From assembly GCA_028534125.1 (NCBI GenBank), contig CM052818.1, forward strand, positions 39,868,001 through 39,932,000: a DNA stretch of 64,000 nt, written 5' to 3'. The translations under genes were made by a program, and so were the position numbers. Positions 26,486 to 38,799 of the stretch are shown here, piece after piece. Numbering within the stretch: the stretch's first letter is position 1; each line of letters starts with the position of its first letter. Origin of the DNA: Lama glama. Taxonomy: Eukaryota. The notes under the pieces were generated by a model that did no database searches, had not been told where the DNA came from, and worked only from the letters and a program-made list of their open reading frames with translations.

Positions 26486-27949
26486 GTCTTGGGCTTCACC
26501 GTATGCTAAACTTCACCTAGAGGATTGTCCCTGTCCATACAGAGCCACGCCCAGTCCAGGATGCAGTTGGGGTGGGGCAAGGCAGAGGAGTCAGGCAAGA
26601 TTCCCAGAGCAACCTCAACACAACCTGGGTCTTTCTAGAAGTCAGTTTTACCAACCACTTTGGGGTGTAACCTGGAGAGATCCATCCAAGCAAAAAGCCA
26701 ACATGAAATTCATCAGAATATCTAAATGAAAAAGGCCGGTGCTCCTTTCCCAAGAGCAGAGTGATGTCTAATAGCTTCTAATAGCTTCTCTCTTCCTCTG
26801 CCTTCAAGCAATGATTAGCAATTTAAATCTGGGCCTGACCCAGGCAAGAGCTTCTCCCACCTCATTCTGCCCTGTGACTTGGCAGCAAGATAACCACAGT
26901 CGGTGATCATCGTGTCCTCTTGATGCAAGACTAATACCAGCATGGAGAGGAAACTTTCCCACTCCGGGAGAATTGAGCCTGAGCCCCAGCTTGTTCCTAC
27001 TGCTCCTCGGACTCTGACCCTCTTTCCAAGCATCTCCACTGTGCAGTAGAGAAAAACATATGCCTGGTAGTTCTGCCCTGCTGCAGGGACAGCACCCCGT
27101 GCATGTATCTTGCCCATACCCGTTCCATGGTGGCCTTCATTATGTTGTCATATTCAGATAAAGACACATGTACTATCTGCATCCTCCCATCCACAACCAG
27201 TGAGACTCGGAAATGCGGCCAGCCGCCTGGTCCACGAGTTGCTGCTCAGCTCACAAGTACTCAGCCCCCTCCCTCTTCCTCCAGCGTCATCAATGAAGCC
27301 TAATATCCTCAGCCTGGCATTTAATCTTTCATAGAATGACTCAAACCAACTTTCCTGATGCATATCTCTTTTTCTCGGCAGGCAGAGCAGGGTTTCTTCC
27401 TTCCCATAAACACATTCTTCAAACATAAGAAGTTAGATTGTGGGGTGGTGGCCGTCATGGATGAGGTGTGGCTGTAGAGGTCTAAGTGATCCCATACAGA
27501 CACGGTGTGTCTTTGAAGGTTTCTGTTATATCTTAAACATTCACGTACATTTTACATTCTATTCCACACGCACTCACACGCGCGCACACACACATACACA
27601 CACAAAACCCACACATGTGTGTGCATCTTAAATCACCATTTAGTAAAATTGTTACCCCAGGAAGATGTTTTTTCATTTTACCATGGATTTTTATACTCCT
27701 GGCAAGCCACCAAGTACTCTCAAGGGTAAATGTTCCTCAGTTTAAGAAAAAATATGCAATAGAAACCTTCACCTTCAGTTAGGAAATATTTCTTCACTTT
27801 CTCTGACCCCCTAGGAATTACTTAGCATTTCAGAAGGTGCTATATATCTGAATTCCTTGTACTAATTGCAGTCGTATTCAGATTTCACTGCTTCCTCATA
27901 CCATCTCGGACCATGCGGGCAGGATACATGTTCTCACTTCACTGAATTG

Positions 27950-28150
27950 CTGCTGCAGCTTCTGTCTCTTATTTTGTCCTTAGCTGCTCTGCCATGTGCC
28001 ATGTCACTCTCCTGTCTCGCCTGCTATACCGTGAGGTTTGAAAAGGCAGGGTTCATGTCCTTCTCGTTTATGGCTCACTCCTTATTTAGCATAGTACCTG
28101 GCATATAATTAGTGCTCACTGAGGATGCAGTTAATCAATAAATGCTTAAA
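27950..28150 (+). mobile_element. L2 3' tail
   Basis: 'gtgaggtttgaaaaggcaggg...tagcatagtacctggcatataattagtgctca'. Confidence 0.7.
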
Positions 28151-29004
28151 TAAAAAGAAAACGGGTGCATCTTATCTTAAAAGACTGTCACTATTTTGAG
28201 GACAGTGTCTGCTTTCCAGGCCCTTAGGTTTCCTTCGTGCCCATGACTCATGCTCATTTGGCGTCCATGGAAGGTTGGATGGATGTGTGGTGATGATGGC
28301 TGGAGAGCTGGGATATCTGATAGATTTAATAACCAGCTCAACTTATTTTCCTTCTGAACACATGATTAGACTGAGCCGTTCTATATTCGATGTTTTATAT
28401 GAGGGTGTGTTTTAAAGTAGCTCTGTGCTTTGGTACAACATGCTATTAGACTTGGATGAAGGGCCAAACTGTTGAGGGCCATTGAGAGCTTGGAAGCAGA
28501 GGAGTCTTTGGAAGCTTTTATGAGAAGGGAGGACGGATGGCAAAGTGGCAGCTAGAAGAGACAAGTGCTCGTCGCATTCAGATCATCAATAAATGTTCGA
28601 TGTCTCTCCTGCCTCCTGATTTTGAGGCCTTTGATGGAGAACATGTCAAATTGCACACTTATCCCCAGGCTTTGTAGTAAGGTGATAAGAGAGATGGTAG
28701 AACCATGGAGTAGGAATGGAATTTCCTGTCCCCCTGAATTTACTGCACACGATAGAGAACTGAGAGATGTTAGAAAGCAGAACAGAGAAGCATGAGCAAC
28801 ACGTGCCCTCCTGAGGTAACGATGTCTTGACGGGTGTGCGTGAGGGTGTGTTTTACAGGCTAGGTCTAAGCAGGAGCCTGAGGTTCATGCTTACTCTCAT
28901 TTAAAGCTCTTTGCAGACTTCGGATTCCAGTGTTCCTGTTCCATGTTCAGACATTTCCAGAAGTGGTGGGAAAAGTGATTGGGGCAGTGGAGGAGGGCAT
29001 GGAG

Positions 29005-29363
29005 TGTCAGTCTGTTTGAGCTTCTATAATAAACTGCCATAACCTAGGTAGCTGATAAATAATAGCAATTTATTTCTCACAGTTCTGAAGGCAGGGAAGT
29101 CCAAGTTCATGGTGCCAGTAGATTCGGTGTCTGGTGAGGGCCCAATTCTTAGCTGGTAGTCTTTTCGCTGTGACCCTCACATGGTGAAACGGGCAAAGAC
29201 GCTTTCTCAGGTCTCCTTTATAAGGGTACTAATTCCATGTGTGAGGACTTTGCCCTCATGGCCTGGTCCCATTTTACAGGCCCCACCTCCCAGTAGTACC
29301 ACCTTGGGGATTAGGATTTAATCATATGCATTTTGGGGAAACACCAACTTTCAGACCATAGAA
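29005..29363 (-). mobile_element. MLT1A-type (ERVL-MaLR) solo LTR
   Basis: About 360 bp: 'atttatttctcacagttctgaagg...gtccaag...ggtgtctggtgagggc...ggccccacctcc...ttggggattaggattt...tcagaccatag'. Confidence 0.9.
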
Positions 29364-29709
29364 GACTGGATGTATAGAAACCTGACACCATTGTTCAATA
29401 AATTTATAAGTGATGGCACTTCAAAGTGTACTTGTCCCTTTGGCAACAAGAGAACAGAATGGGCAACTGAATTCATGTTAGTCCTGGAGGACACCTAGCC
29501 ACTGTCTACAACAGGTCAGGAGCACGCTGGGTTCAGATCCAGGATGCTGGGCTCTCCCCGTGGGCTCCTGGCAGGTGGGCCGCGCACATTTAGACTCTGC
29601 CACCCTGTCCTTCCTGGGCTAGTTTCTCCCAGCATGACTGTTCTTCCCTAATCATTGTCTTTTATCATCACAAAATGTTAGTTGACACCATTAAATCACC
29701 AGCTGCCCT

Positions 29710-29857
29710 GTACCCTTGGTCCCCCAAGTATGGTCTGAGGACCAGCAGCCTGGTGTCACCTGGGAATGTCAGGCTTCACCCAGAGCTCACAAGTCGGAAT
29801 TTGAATTTAACAAGATTCTCTAGTGATTTATATGCATTTTACAATTTGGAAGCACTG
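29710..29857. mobile_element. MER5A-like hAT MITE
   Basis: 'ggaccagcagc...tcacctgggaa...tttaacaagattctctagtgatttatatgca...tttggaagcactg'. Confidence 0.75.
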
Positions 29858-30699
29858 CCCTCTAACACCCTTCACCAGGCTGCTGCTTTATAAGGGCTGT
29901 TCTTGTCTCCTAAATTCAGCTTCTTCTGTCTCAAATTTCGTCCCTACATCTGGTCATCAGACTTTTTTTTCCCACGTTAGAGATGGCTTTTCCAGGCCTG
30001 CCGCCGACAGACACTGCTTTACCGCCTGGAGATGAGCCTTCCAAAACTGCGTGTTTTCAAAAGGACAGGAAAAAGGAAACAGTTTACAGTCACTTTAATT
30101 TCTCTGTCTACCTAATTCTGTGTAGAATACATGTGGCTTGTTTTATTTTCTTGAAGATCTCAGTTCCTGATTCCCCAAAGCTGTAAGTTGTCAGAGAATT
30201 GTATGCATGTCTTCTTGAAGTTGAATGTGTTAGGTAAAAATTTCAGTTTTGTTCTTTGATGTTAAGAAAGTGCCTTGCCACCATAAATGCTAACATTTGT
30301 GATATTAGGCCATTCATAAAGCACCTCATGGGCCTCTTGGTGAGTCATTTTGTGACAAAAAGATTAGAAGTGCCGCCACCCACTCCTGCCCGCCCGCAGA
30401 CCCCTTGCCCAGCAACGTGTAACATGCAGCAGGCTGAGGTGAGCCGGTCTGCACCCTGGGGAAAAGGGGCACATGGGAAGAGTGAACAAACCTTCCAGGC
30501 CATTCAGGGGGTCTTGGTTGAGGATTTTAGTTTATAACGTAACATTGTTGTAATAAACAGATAGGGGTGAAGAGGGACTTGGTTTGATCTCTTGTAGTTT
30601 CCTGGTGTTCACGAAAGGAAGTATACCTTTAGTTGTAAAGACTTGTGGCTTTTCGAACTATCTAGTATGTTGGTAAGTTTCTTTAAGATTGTCCATCTT

Positions 30700-30900
30700 A
30701 TGTAATAAAAGACTAAGGCTTCAGATTGAGACAGATCTAGACTCCAATGCCAACTTCAAAGTTTACTAGTCCTATGAACTTGGACAACTCATCTGTAAGA
30801 CGTGGAATTTCGTAACTAATATGGAGAGTGGCTGTGAACTGTAGCGAAAACGGATGCAGAACAGTGGCACATGTTTGGGACCCAGTAGCTGTCGGGTTTT
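30700..30900 (+). mobile_element. MIR SINE
   Basis: 'agacagatctagactc...tactagtcctatgaacttggacaactcatctgtaa'. Confidence 0.55.
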
Positions 30901-32208
30901 ATTATCTAGCTCCCAGGGTAATGCTTAGCAGAGTAAACACTTAAATATCTTTGAATTTGCTCTCTCCCTGAACTCATCTTCATATGTTGAAGGACAAGTG
31001 TAGTAACAGTCTGGGGAAAAGGTCTTCTCTTGAAACTCGATTTACGAGTTAACTTCTATAAGCAGTCCCCAACTTAAAAGTTCGTTTTCTTACCTGTCTC
31101 CATCAATAAGACAGATTTTAGAGTGACACTTCAGGGATACAATGACATCCATGGACACCCCTGATACAGACACAGTGCTTCTCTGTGACAATTCTTGCTT
31201 CTAACCTAGAACATCTCAGTTTCCATCCTATGAATGTAGTAGCTATTGGCTCTGGTCAAATTTCTTGCTCATCAGAGTTTGAGGGGAAGTATCTCTGACC
31301 CTGGCATGGGCCGAGTCAGACATCCATATACCCTGGACATTCGCATGTTAGGTGTTTATATCCCAGCTGAGTTGCTGTACAGCAGAAGAGCTAGTGGTGG
31401 GGCACTTGAAAGTTGGACAAAAGAGGATTTGGGATGAAGAACCAGGAAAGCAATATATCATATTATGCCCTTAATCCTGAGTAATGACCTTGAGGACATA
31501 CTTAATATTTATTTTTGTGCTTATATAGTCTATTAATTAAACCTTCTATAACCTCATTTAAATAATGCTCATAATTAAGGAGCAGAACTTAACAGATGTC
31601 CTTTAACTTCCTCAAATGGTAAAGGCACTTTGTGAAGTTCAGGTTCATGGTGGCTGGGTATGAGTGGGCTTTGGGCAGGGAAGAGAAGCACACCAAAAAT
31701 CCTTGACCTAGCTCTTATAGGTTACACTAAACATGAAGCAGCTCACATTTGAAAAAATATATTTCTAAACTGGCTGAATAATCCTCATTTATCTTACTCT
31801 ACAATGATAGAATGGAAATATTATCCAGAGAGTTGATGTTTATTTCCAAGAAGCTACTCATCATATTTTTGGCTTTTTCTTATTTAGTCCTTTATAATGG
31901 ACATTTTTTTCCCCTCTTTGGGTAGTTTTGTTCCTCTCTTTAAAAAAAAATGAGTGATATCAGAAAATTTTAAAATGTATTCTTCACAGCTATTTTTATA
32001 TGATCAAAAAGAAGTTTCTTCAAATTGAAGAAGCATTTACAAATCTCATTACTTTCTAACTTCATATTCTAAGGGTTTTAGTTTGATTTCAGGAATTAAA
32101 CTAGAGTTTTTTTTCTACCAACGTACTCACCATCCTATGTAGAAACTAGAATATGGACAAAACCTTGCAATGGGATTCTCCCATCATATCTTCTTTTCAC
32201 TCAATCCT

Positions 32209-33362
32209 ATTTTTTTTAACATTTTTTATTGATTTATAATCATTTTACAATGTTGTGTCAAATTCCAGTGTTCAGCACAATTTTTCAGTCATACATGGGC
32301 ATATACACACTCATTGTCACATTTTTTTCTCTGTGAGCTACCATAACGTTTTGTGTATATTTTCTTGTGCTATACAGTATAATCTTGTTTATCTATTCTA
32401 CAATTTTGAAATCCCATCTATCCCTTCCCACCCTCCGTCACCCGGCAACCACAAGTCTGTATTCTCTATGAGTCTATTTCTGTCCTGTATTTATGCTTTG
32501 TTTTTGTTTGTTTTTGTTTTTTTTGATTCCACATATGAGCGATTTCATATGGTATTTTTCTTTNNNNNNNNNNNNNNNNNNNNNNNNNNNNNNNNNNNNN
32601 NNNNNNNNNNNNNNNNNNNNNNNNNNNNNNNNNNNNNNNNNNNNNNNNNNNNNNNNNNNNNNNNNNNNNNNNNNNNNNNNNNNNNNNNNNNNNNNNNNNN
32701 NNNNNNNNNNNNNNNNNNNNNNNNNNNNNNNNNNNNNNNNNNNNNNNNNNNNNNNNNNNNNNNNNNNNNNNNNNNNNNNNNNNNNNNNNNNNNNNNNNNN
32801 NNNNNNNNNNNNNNNNNNNNNNNNNNNNNNNNNNNNNNNNNNNNNNNNNNNNNNNNNNNNNNNNNNNNNNNNNNNNNNNNNNNNNNNNNNNNNNNNNNNN
32901 NNNNNNNNNNNNNNNNNNNNNNNNNNNNNNNNNNNNNNNNNNNNNNNNNNNNNNNNNNNNNNNNNNNNNNNNNNNNNNNNNNNNNNNNNNNNNNNNNNNN
33001 NNNNNNNNNNNNNNNNNNNNNNNNNNNNNNNNNNNNNNNNNNNNNNNNNNNNNNNNNNNNNNNATGAAACTTACAAGCTTCTGCAGAGCAAAGGAAACCA
33101 GAAGTAAAACAAGAAGAAAACCTACGGAATGGGAGAAAATTTTTGCAAGTGAAACCGACAAAGGCTGGATCTCCAGAATATATAAGCAGCTCATACGACT
33201 CAATAAGAAAAAAAATAAACAACCCAGTCCAAAAATGGGCAGAAGACCTAAACAAGCAATTCTCCAAGGAAGACATACAAATGATCAAAAGGCACATGAA
33301 AAAATGCTCAATATCACTAATTATCAGAGAAATGCAAATCAAAACTACAATGAGGTATCATC
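32209..33362 (-). mobile_element. Young L1 with 5' inversion (twin-priming structure) spanning a 500-N gap
   Basis: Antisense 3'UTR with T-tail at 32209-32563; sense ORF2 at 33064-33362 ([11 protein letters not shown]...[24 protein letters not shown]). Both lie within one 12-bp TSD tcactcaatcct (32197-32208 / 33363-33374). Confidence 0.88.
32564..33063. other. Assembly gap (500 N); further 100-N gaps at 41756-41855 and 49702-49801
   Basis: N runs read directly. Confidence 1.
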
Positions 33363-33809
33363 TCACTCAATCCTTAATACTATGGTCATTATAGCTTTTT
33401 TTTAAAAAAATTAAATCATCAATTTTTTTTTGGAACTTACACAAAGAAGCTAGGAAATCAGTCTTTATCTCTGAGGGACATGTGACTCCTTTAGTAACAT
33501 TCAATGTTATGTTAAACAATACTCAGACTAGAGGGGATGTTAGTCCTTTTTTTTTTCCAATTTAAATACAGCAATTTAATGCTTGACAAGGAATAGCACA
33601 AATTAAATTTTATGACATTCTAAAAGCAGTTCTACATGTTACATGGGGAACCTGCCATCAAATAAGAAATGATGTCATGTGTCACCTAGAACTGAGGTGA
33701 CTAGCCAGTGTTAATCAGAGTACAGAGTTAATCATGAGCAACATGTATACTTCTCTTCCCATTTGCACACAGCAAAATCATGTCAGCTTTGAGAGGCAGA
33801 ACATGGTCC

Positions 33810-34210
33810 TTCTAATTTACCATTGATTTTGGTTCTAAAATGTTATCTCACTGTGACTTTGATTTGCATTTATCTCATCCCTTTTGAAATCAAATGCTTT
33901 TTCATATATTAATTGGTCATACATAATTCCTCTTTTATAAAATATCTTTGTCTTTTGTCTATTTGTCTTTTTATTTTTTTTGTTTTTGATTTGTAGAAGT
34001 ATTATAATTTTTATGCTTATGCTAGTATCAGTTACATGTGTTACAGCATATCTCCCAGTCTCTACCTTAACATTTTGTTTTTAAAGACTGTTTTGTCATA
34101 ACACAGATTTTGATTTTAATGTGAACAAATTTTCCATTTTTGTATTATCAGTTAACTTTGTCACTTCCAGAAACTCTCCTCTACCCAAAGATTAGAATGA
34201 TAGCTTTCAT
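33810..34210 (-). mobile_element. Ancient L1ME-like fragment
   Basis: 'tatctcactgtgactttgatttgcattt...ttttcatatattaattggtcat...ttgatttgtagaagt'. Confidence 0.65.
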
Positions 34211-34561
34211 GCTGTGCCAGTTATATTAACCAATGTGTTAGTCCATTAATTGCCATGTTAACATGTGAGCCATAAAAAATGTCTAACACACTGCTCTCAA
34301 GAGAAATGAGCCCATGAGCTGATATGTGGAATATGGTAAGTGCTGTTATAACATTCAGTACACTTGGGCAGAAATCCACTTCCTTAAGACAGGATTCAGT
34401 AAAGTGGATAACTTATGTAGTTTTGTTCACATCTGCCCTGAAAACTTGACTGAAACAGGCAGGACCATCTAGTCTACTCATTTATCTATAATAGTATTTG
34501 AAGACCATAGAAAAATTTGTTAAGAATGAGTCATATTTAGCTGATGATAAAACAAATCTTA

Positions 34562-35810
34562 TATGTCTATTTTTGTGTGTGTGAGTTTGCAAATCCTTCC
34601 CCTCTTACCTCCCACTAAGATTCTAGTCTGAATTATAAACTGCAATGTTTGAAGGCTCCAACTGATTATGATCCAAACTGGACCATCTTGGTATATGCCA
34701 CGTTTGCTCTCATTCCAGCTCAAAGTATGTGTTTGGATGTCTACTTCTTGCCTCGTCTTGGGATCTCTTGTTACTAGTCACACTGAATCCTTAGCTTTTG
34801 CCAGTCATTTGATCAAAGTGTAGAATCTGAGTGTGGAGTGGCTGTCCATACAGATTGCTTTGATCATATCAAGTGTGCTCTTCAAAATGGAAGTTGCTTT
34901 CTTTCTTGGTACGATGAGTGTGATGCTCTGTCTCGTCTCCTCTCTAATCTCAGGGTTCTTGAAACTATTTGAATTCTCTTTGGTGGCTTCTGTAGAATTG
35001 ATCTCATGTGTGCTGTCTGGATGAGGAAAAAGCTTTAAATCACCTATAGTGGGATGTTCCACTTCTTGCTTTAAGTTGCATATGAAAATCGATGCCCATG
35101 GCACAGAAAATGTACACACAATGATACAACTTTGAAACATCACAAAACTTTCTCCAGTCAGCAAGAAAGCTCTAGCATTATATGTAACCACATCATATCC
35201 AAATATCCTTTGTATTTTACTGGGAGAGGGGTAAGAATAGGGTAAAAGGAACAAAGAGAGAGTTGCTTAACCCACATGGGATGGTCAGAGAAAGCATGTA
35301 AGAAGAATCAGGAGGACTTAGCCTGATGAAGAAGAAAGAGGAGAAAGGCAGGGCAACATGCAACAGCTGCAGTTGAGAAAGGCTACAGAGCTTTAAAGGA
35401 TGGCTCATTTCCTTTTGCGGCTTAGAAGACATTGATATCATCACCCAATTGAAATCCTCAGTATGGCAGTATGGGGATTCACCATCTCCATCACCACTGG
35501 AGACCACACTAGCAGTTAGCATACGTAAATATGATCTCATACACATTTATTCAAAGTGACAGTCATAGCACAATAGATCATTTCACACAAGGGACAAAGG
35601 GCAAACCTTGGCCACATGTTCTGTGCCAAGAGGATGGTTTTCCAAAAAAAATTCCCCGAGGTCTCTTTCCTTACCAAGGGCAAAACGTTCAAATGCAGGA
35701 TCTCGCCACATGTTTCCCTTCGAGCAGATGGCAGAAAGGTTTGTCTGCAATGTGGAACTTGTTAAAGAGGGGAAGGCCTTCCTGATAGAGATCAAGAAGA
35801 CTGCGTGAAT
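34562..35810 (-). pseudogene. Decayed intronless coding sequence, tentatively a highly diverged FAM91A1 C-terminal-domain homologue
   Basis: ORFs 35583-35795 and 35217-35546 share a frame; one frameshift near 35250 links them to ORF 34805-35254, which continues through two TGAs (34805-7, 34778-80) to TAA 34559-61. About 416 codons with only 4 stops. Collinear motif similarity to FAM91A1 was judged by eye from memory. Confidence refers to the identity; coding ancestry itself is better supported. Confidence 0.5.
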
Positions 35811-36189
35811 TTACTTGGTGGTGGAATGGTTTGTAATCCATTCATGCTTGTGAGTATAATGTCTTTATAATTACTTGTAAGTAGATTGAGAGCCTCCAGA
35901 ATCAACTCAAGGAGAAAGACTGTTTATCTGATGCTTAAACTTCTGCTGAACACTCCAGGCAATATATCCATTCCTTGTCTTCATCATTGAATTACGTTTT
36001 ACAAATACATCATTTTTATTTTGCTTCTTTGATAATGAAAATATTATTTTGCCTATCTATAGAAGAGGGGTCAAAGACCACAAAGGGGTTACTTTTGGGA
36101 AATGGCTTGATGGTCTTTATGGACTATAACATCAAAGCCAGTCACCACTAAAACATCACCACCATCACTGCAACCCCAGGCACGGTGTT

Positions 36190-36585
36190 GTATATACCAG
36201 GATGCACTAGGTTTTGCTATGGCAACAACCCCCCTCCCCAGATCTCATTGGTTTAAGACAAGTTTATTTCTCTCTTGTCCAAAGTTCACTCTGCAAAACG
36301 TTCCAAGGCAGCTGTCCTCCATGTGTTGGCTCAACATTCCAGGGTATCTGAAACTTATGACACTTCCATATCAACACACACTTCCGTAATCTCCCAGGCA
36401 CAATGGGAACTGAATGATCCCGTACTGACAATTAAATGTTCCATCCCCCAAGTGGCACAAGTCTGTTCTGTCCATAACCCGTTAAAAGAACTAATCATAG
36501 GACCTCACCCAACTGCAAGCCGGGTTAGAAGCTTTAATCCTCTCGTGTACTGAGAAGGGGGGGAAATTGAATAAAGACAAGTATT
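36190..36585 (-). mobile_element. Old MLT1 (I/J/K/L-type) solo LTR
   Basis: 'caggatgcactaggttttgctatggcaacaa...ccagatctcattggtttaa...gtttatttctctc...cacccaactgcaag' resembles an antisense MLT1 LTR. Confidence 0.65.
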
Positions 36586-36679
36586 CAGAGTCTGACATTT
36601 GCAAAGCAACTTTATGCAGTAGGAATTAATGTGCTCATTTTAAACATGACAGGTAGTATAGATTTAGTTCCTGAGAGTT

Positions 36680-36880
36680 TAGAGTTTAGTTTGGAGTCAG
36701 AATGTCTTGAATCTCCAACATATGATCTGCAGGGGCTCAGGCAAACTATAATTTCTGTTATATTTTTTGGTAAATTTGTATGAGATTATATACTTCAGAC
36801 AGGTGTTTTGAGGTTTAAATGCTGTAAATAAAGTGTATTACAGTTTCTGATACATAAGTGCTCAAAAATCTTAGCTCATA
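36680..36880 (+). mobile_element. MIR SINE
   Basis: 'ttggagtcaga...ttgaatctc...gttttgaggtttaaatg...aagtgctcaaaaatcttagct'. Confidence 0.65.
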
Positions 36881-37209
36881 GTATTAGGAAGACACTGATT
36901 ATCAGAGTTAAGAAACACATATCTAATGAGTGGGAAATGATTCTCAAATACTTTAAGGGAACACATTGACTCAGAAGACAACATTTTTCAAAGCTAGCCA
37001 AACTGGATTCAGACCTCAGATTTATCTAATTCCCTGCGGTGTCTCGGAGCCTTTGTTTGGACATGGGATGATAATGCATTATCAGGTTGTCTCAGACCTT
37101 CTTCATGACTCTCTTCCCTGGCCTGACCTTAACTACAGAGATGACTTGGGCCTGGCCACCATTGTTCAAGCACTTATGCAAGGAAAACAGGAGGTACCTA
37201 CCATGCGTT

Positions 37210-37450
37210 CTGTCAGAAGACTTGGGTTTCAGTCTTAACGTCATCCCTCAATATCTATGCGGCCTTAAGCAAGGCACTTAAATTCTCAGCTGTGCATTTG
37301 GGATAGTAGAAGTTTGTGTGTCAAACAAAAGAAAACCCAACAGTAGACGTTTCATCCTACCTCACAGGGCTATAGGGATCAAATAAATTAAAATATTTGA
37401 AAACACTTTGGAATATCCAAAGGGCTATCCAGTGGAAGTCGTTGTTACCA
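37210..37450 (+). mobile_element. MIR SINE
   Basis: 'gtcagaagacttgggtttcagtc...ggccttaagcaaggcacttaa...cctacctcacagggct...ggatcaaata'. Confidence 0.65.
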
Positions 37451-37639
37451 TTAGGAGTTAAGGACAGAAAAAATTCTATTTAGCAGATGAGCAGAGAGCA
37501 TGAAAACTCAGGCCAGCATAGGTTACATGGATCTGGTTTCGCCACAAAGACCTGTGGTGAGAACAGTGTATTTGTCCAAAAGTCCTGAACCTCTAGATAC
37601 CTACATACCCCACTTATCACTCAGCCTGACTTGCTGCAA

Positions 37640-38515
37640 AAAAAAAAAAGGCAAAAATTTCTTAGATAGAACACAAAAATACAGGTAACAAACGTCTCTG
37701 CTCTTCAAAATATAAGAAAAGACTCTATTAAGAAAATTAAATGATAAACCACAGACTGGGAGAAGATACTTGCAAAATAAATATTTGAAAAAGGACTTGT
37801 AGCTGTAAGATATAAAGAACTCATACAACTGAAAAAAAAAAGAGAGAGAGAATAAGACAACCTAATTATAGTGAGATACACTGCACACCATTTAGAATGG
37901 CTAAATAAAAAAAAAATACCAAGTGTTATCGAGGATATAGAGCAATTGGAACTCTCACGTATTGCAAAGGGAAATAAAAAATGTTGTAGCCACTTTGGAA
38001 CACATTTTGGTAATTTCTTATAAAGTTACCATACACTTACCATATGACTCAACATTCCTTTTCTCTAAAATTTATCCAAGAGAAATGAAAACATGTGCAT
38101 ACACAATTTTGTTTGGGAATGTTCATAGTACCTTTTATAATCATACTAAATGGGAAACAACCCAAATATTCATCAACTGCTATACAGATTTTAAACAATG
38201 TTGTGGTGTATACATATAAAGGAAAACAACTTATCAATAAAAAGGAAAAATGTTGATACATGTATACATGATTGAATCTCAAGAGCAATAAGCTAAGAGA
38301 AAAAAGACAGACATAAAAGACTACATACAGTAGTCCGTTTATATGAAATGCCAGAAAAGGCAACTATAGTGACAGAAAGACAGCAGTTGCCTTTCTAGGT
38401 TTGAGAGAAGAATTACCTACAAAGGGACTGAGAGAGATTGTTGACTTGATGGAAATGTCCCATATAGTTCGTGGGTTGTCACACAACTGTATACATTTGT
38501 CAAACTTTATTGGAT
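37640..38515 (+). mobile_element. Old L1ME-like ORF2 end and 3'UTR
   Basis: 'cacagactgggagaagatacttgcaaa...agccactttggaa...cacttaccatatgactcaacattcc...tatacatttgtcaaact'. Confidence 0.85.
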
Positions 38516-38799
38516 AGGGATGTTTACCAACATTCCTCAAGTCCTTGGCTGCCTTCAAATAGAGGCAAAATGAATGTTTCTGTTGAAATAGGTTTAAAAG
38601 ATATTTTAAAAATTTTATCCATTTTTTGTAGGTGTTCTTGGCAGGATTGATCTGACACAAGATAATCCATCAGTAGCATGCCTTTTCATTTTTTTCTTTT
38701 TAAATTTATATTTCATATTTATTAGTGAAGTTGAACTAATTTTTAGTTTACTGGACAGTCTATTTACTTCTCTGATACTAAAAATAAACTATTAATTTT

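Noticed and set aside
32255..33405. Longest ORFs in the track (204-270 aa)
   Set aside because: Artefacts of translating through 500 N; the flanks are L1.
34520..34860. RTE-X/L4 LINE ORF2 C-terminus (LRFYTLIK...GRICKL)
   Set aside because: The zinc-knuckle Cys/His residues are absent, no RT motifs appear upstream, and the frame is too intact for such an ancient element.
35100..35560. GDGDG motif as a mononegavirus L-protein methyltransferase (endogenous viral element)
   Set aside because: Only one or two loose motifs; the spacing to the putative catalytic Glu looks too short and no polymerase motifs were seen. Less well supported than the FAM91-like reading, though not excluded without a search.
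35690..35845. Alternative-frame peptide (LLDLYQEGL...LLEGKHVAR) resembling the FAM91A1 N-terminal half
   Set aside because: It overlaps and conflicts with the single-frame C-terminal alignment. It shows that by-eye matching can overfit, so the FAM91 call is kept tentative.
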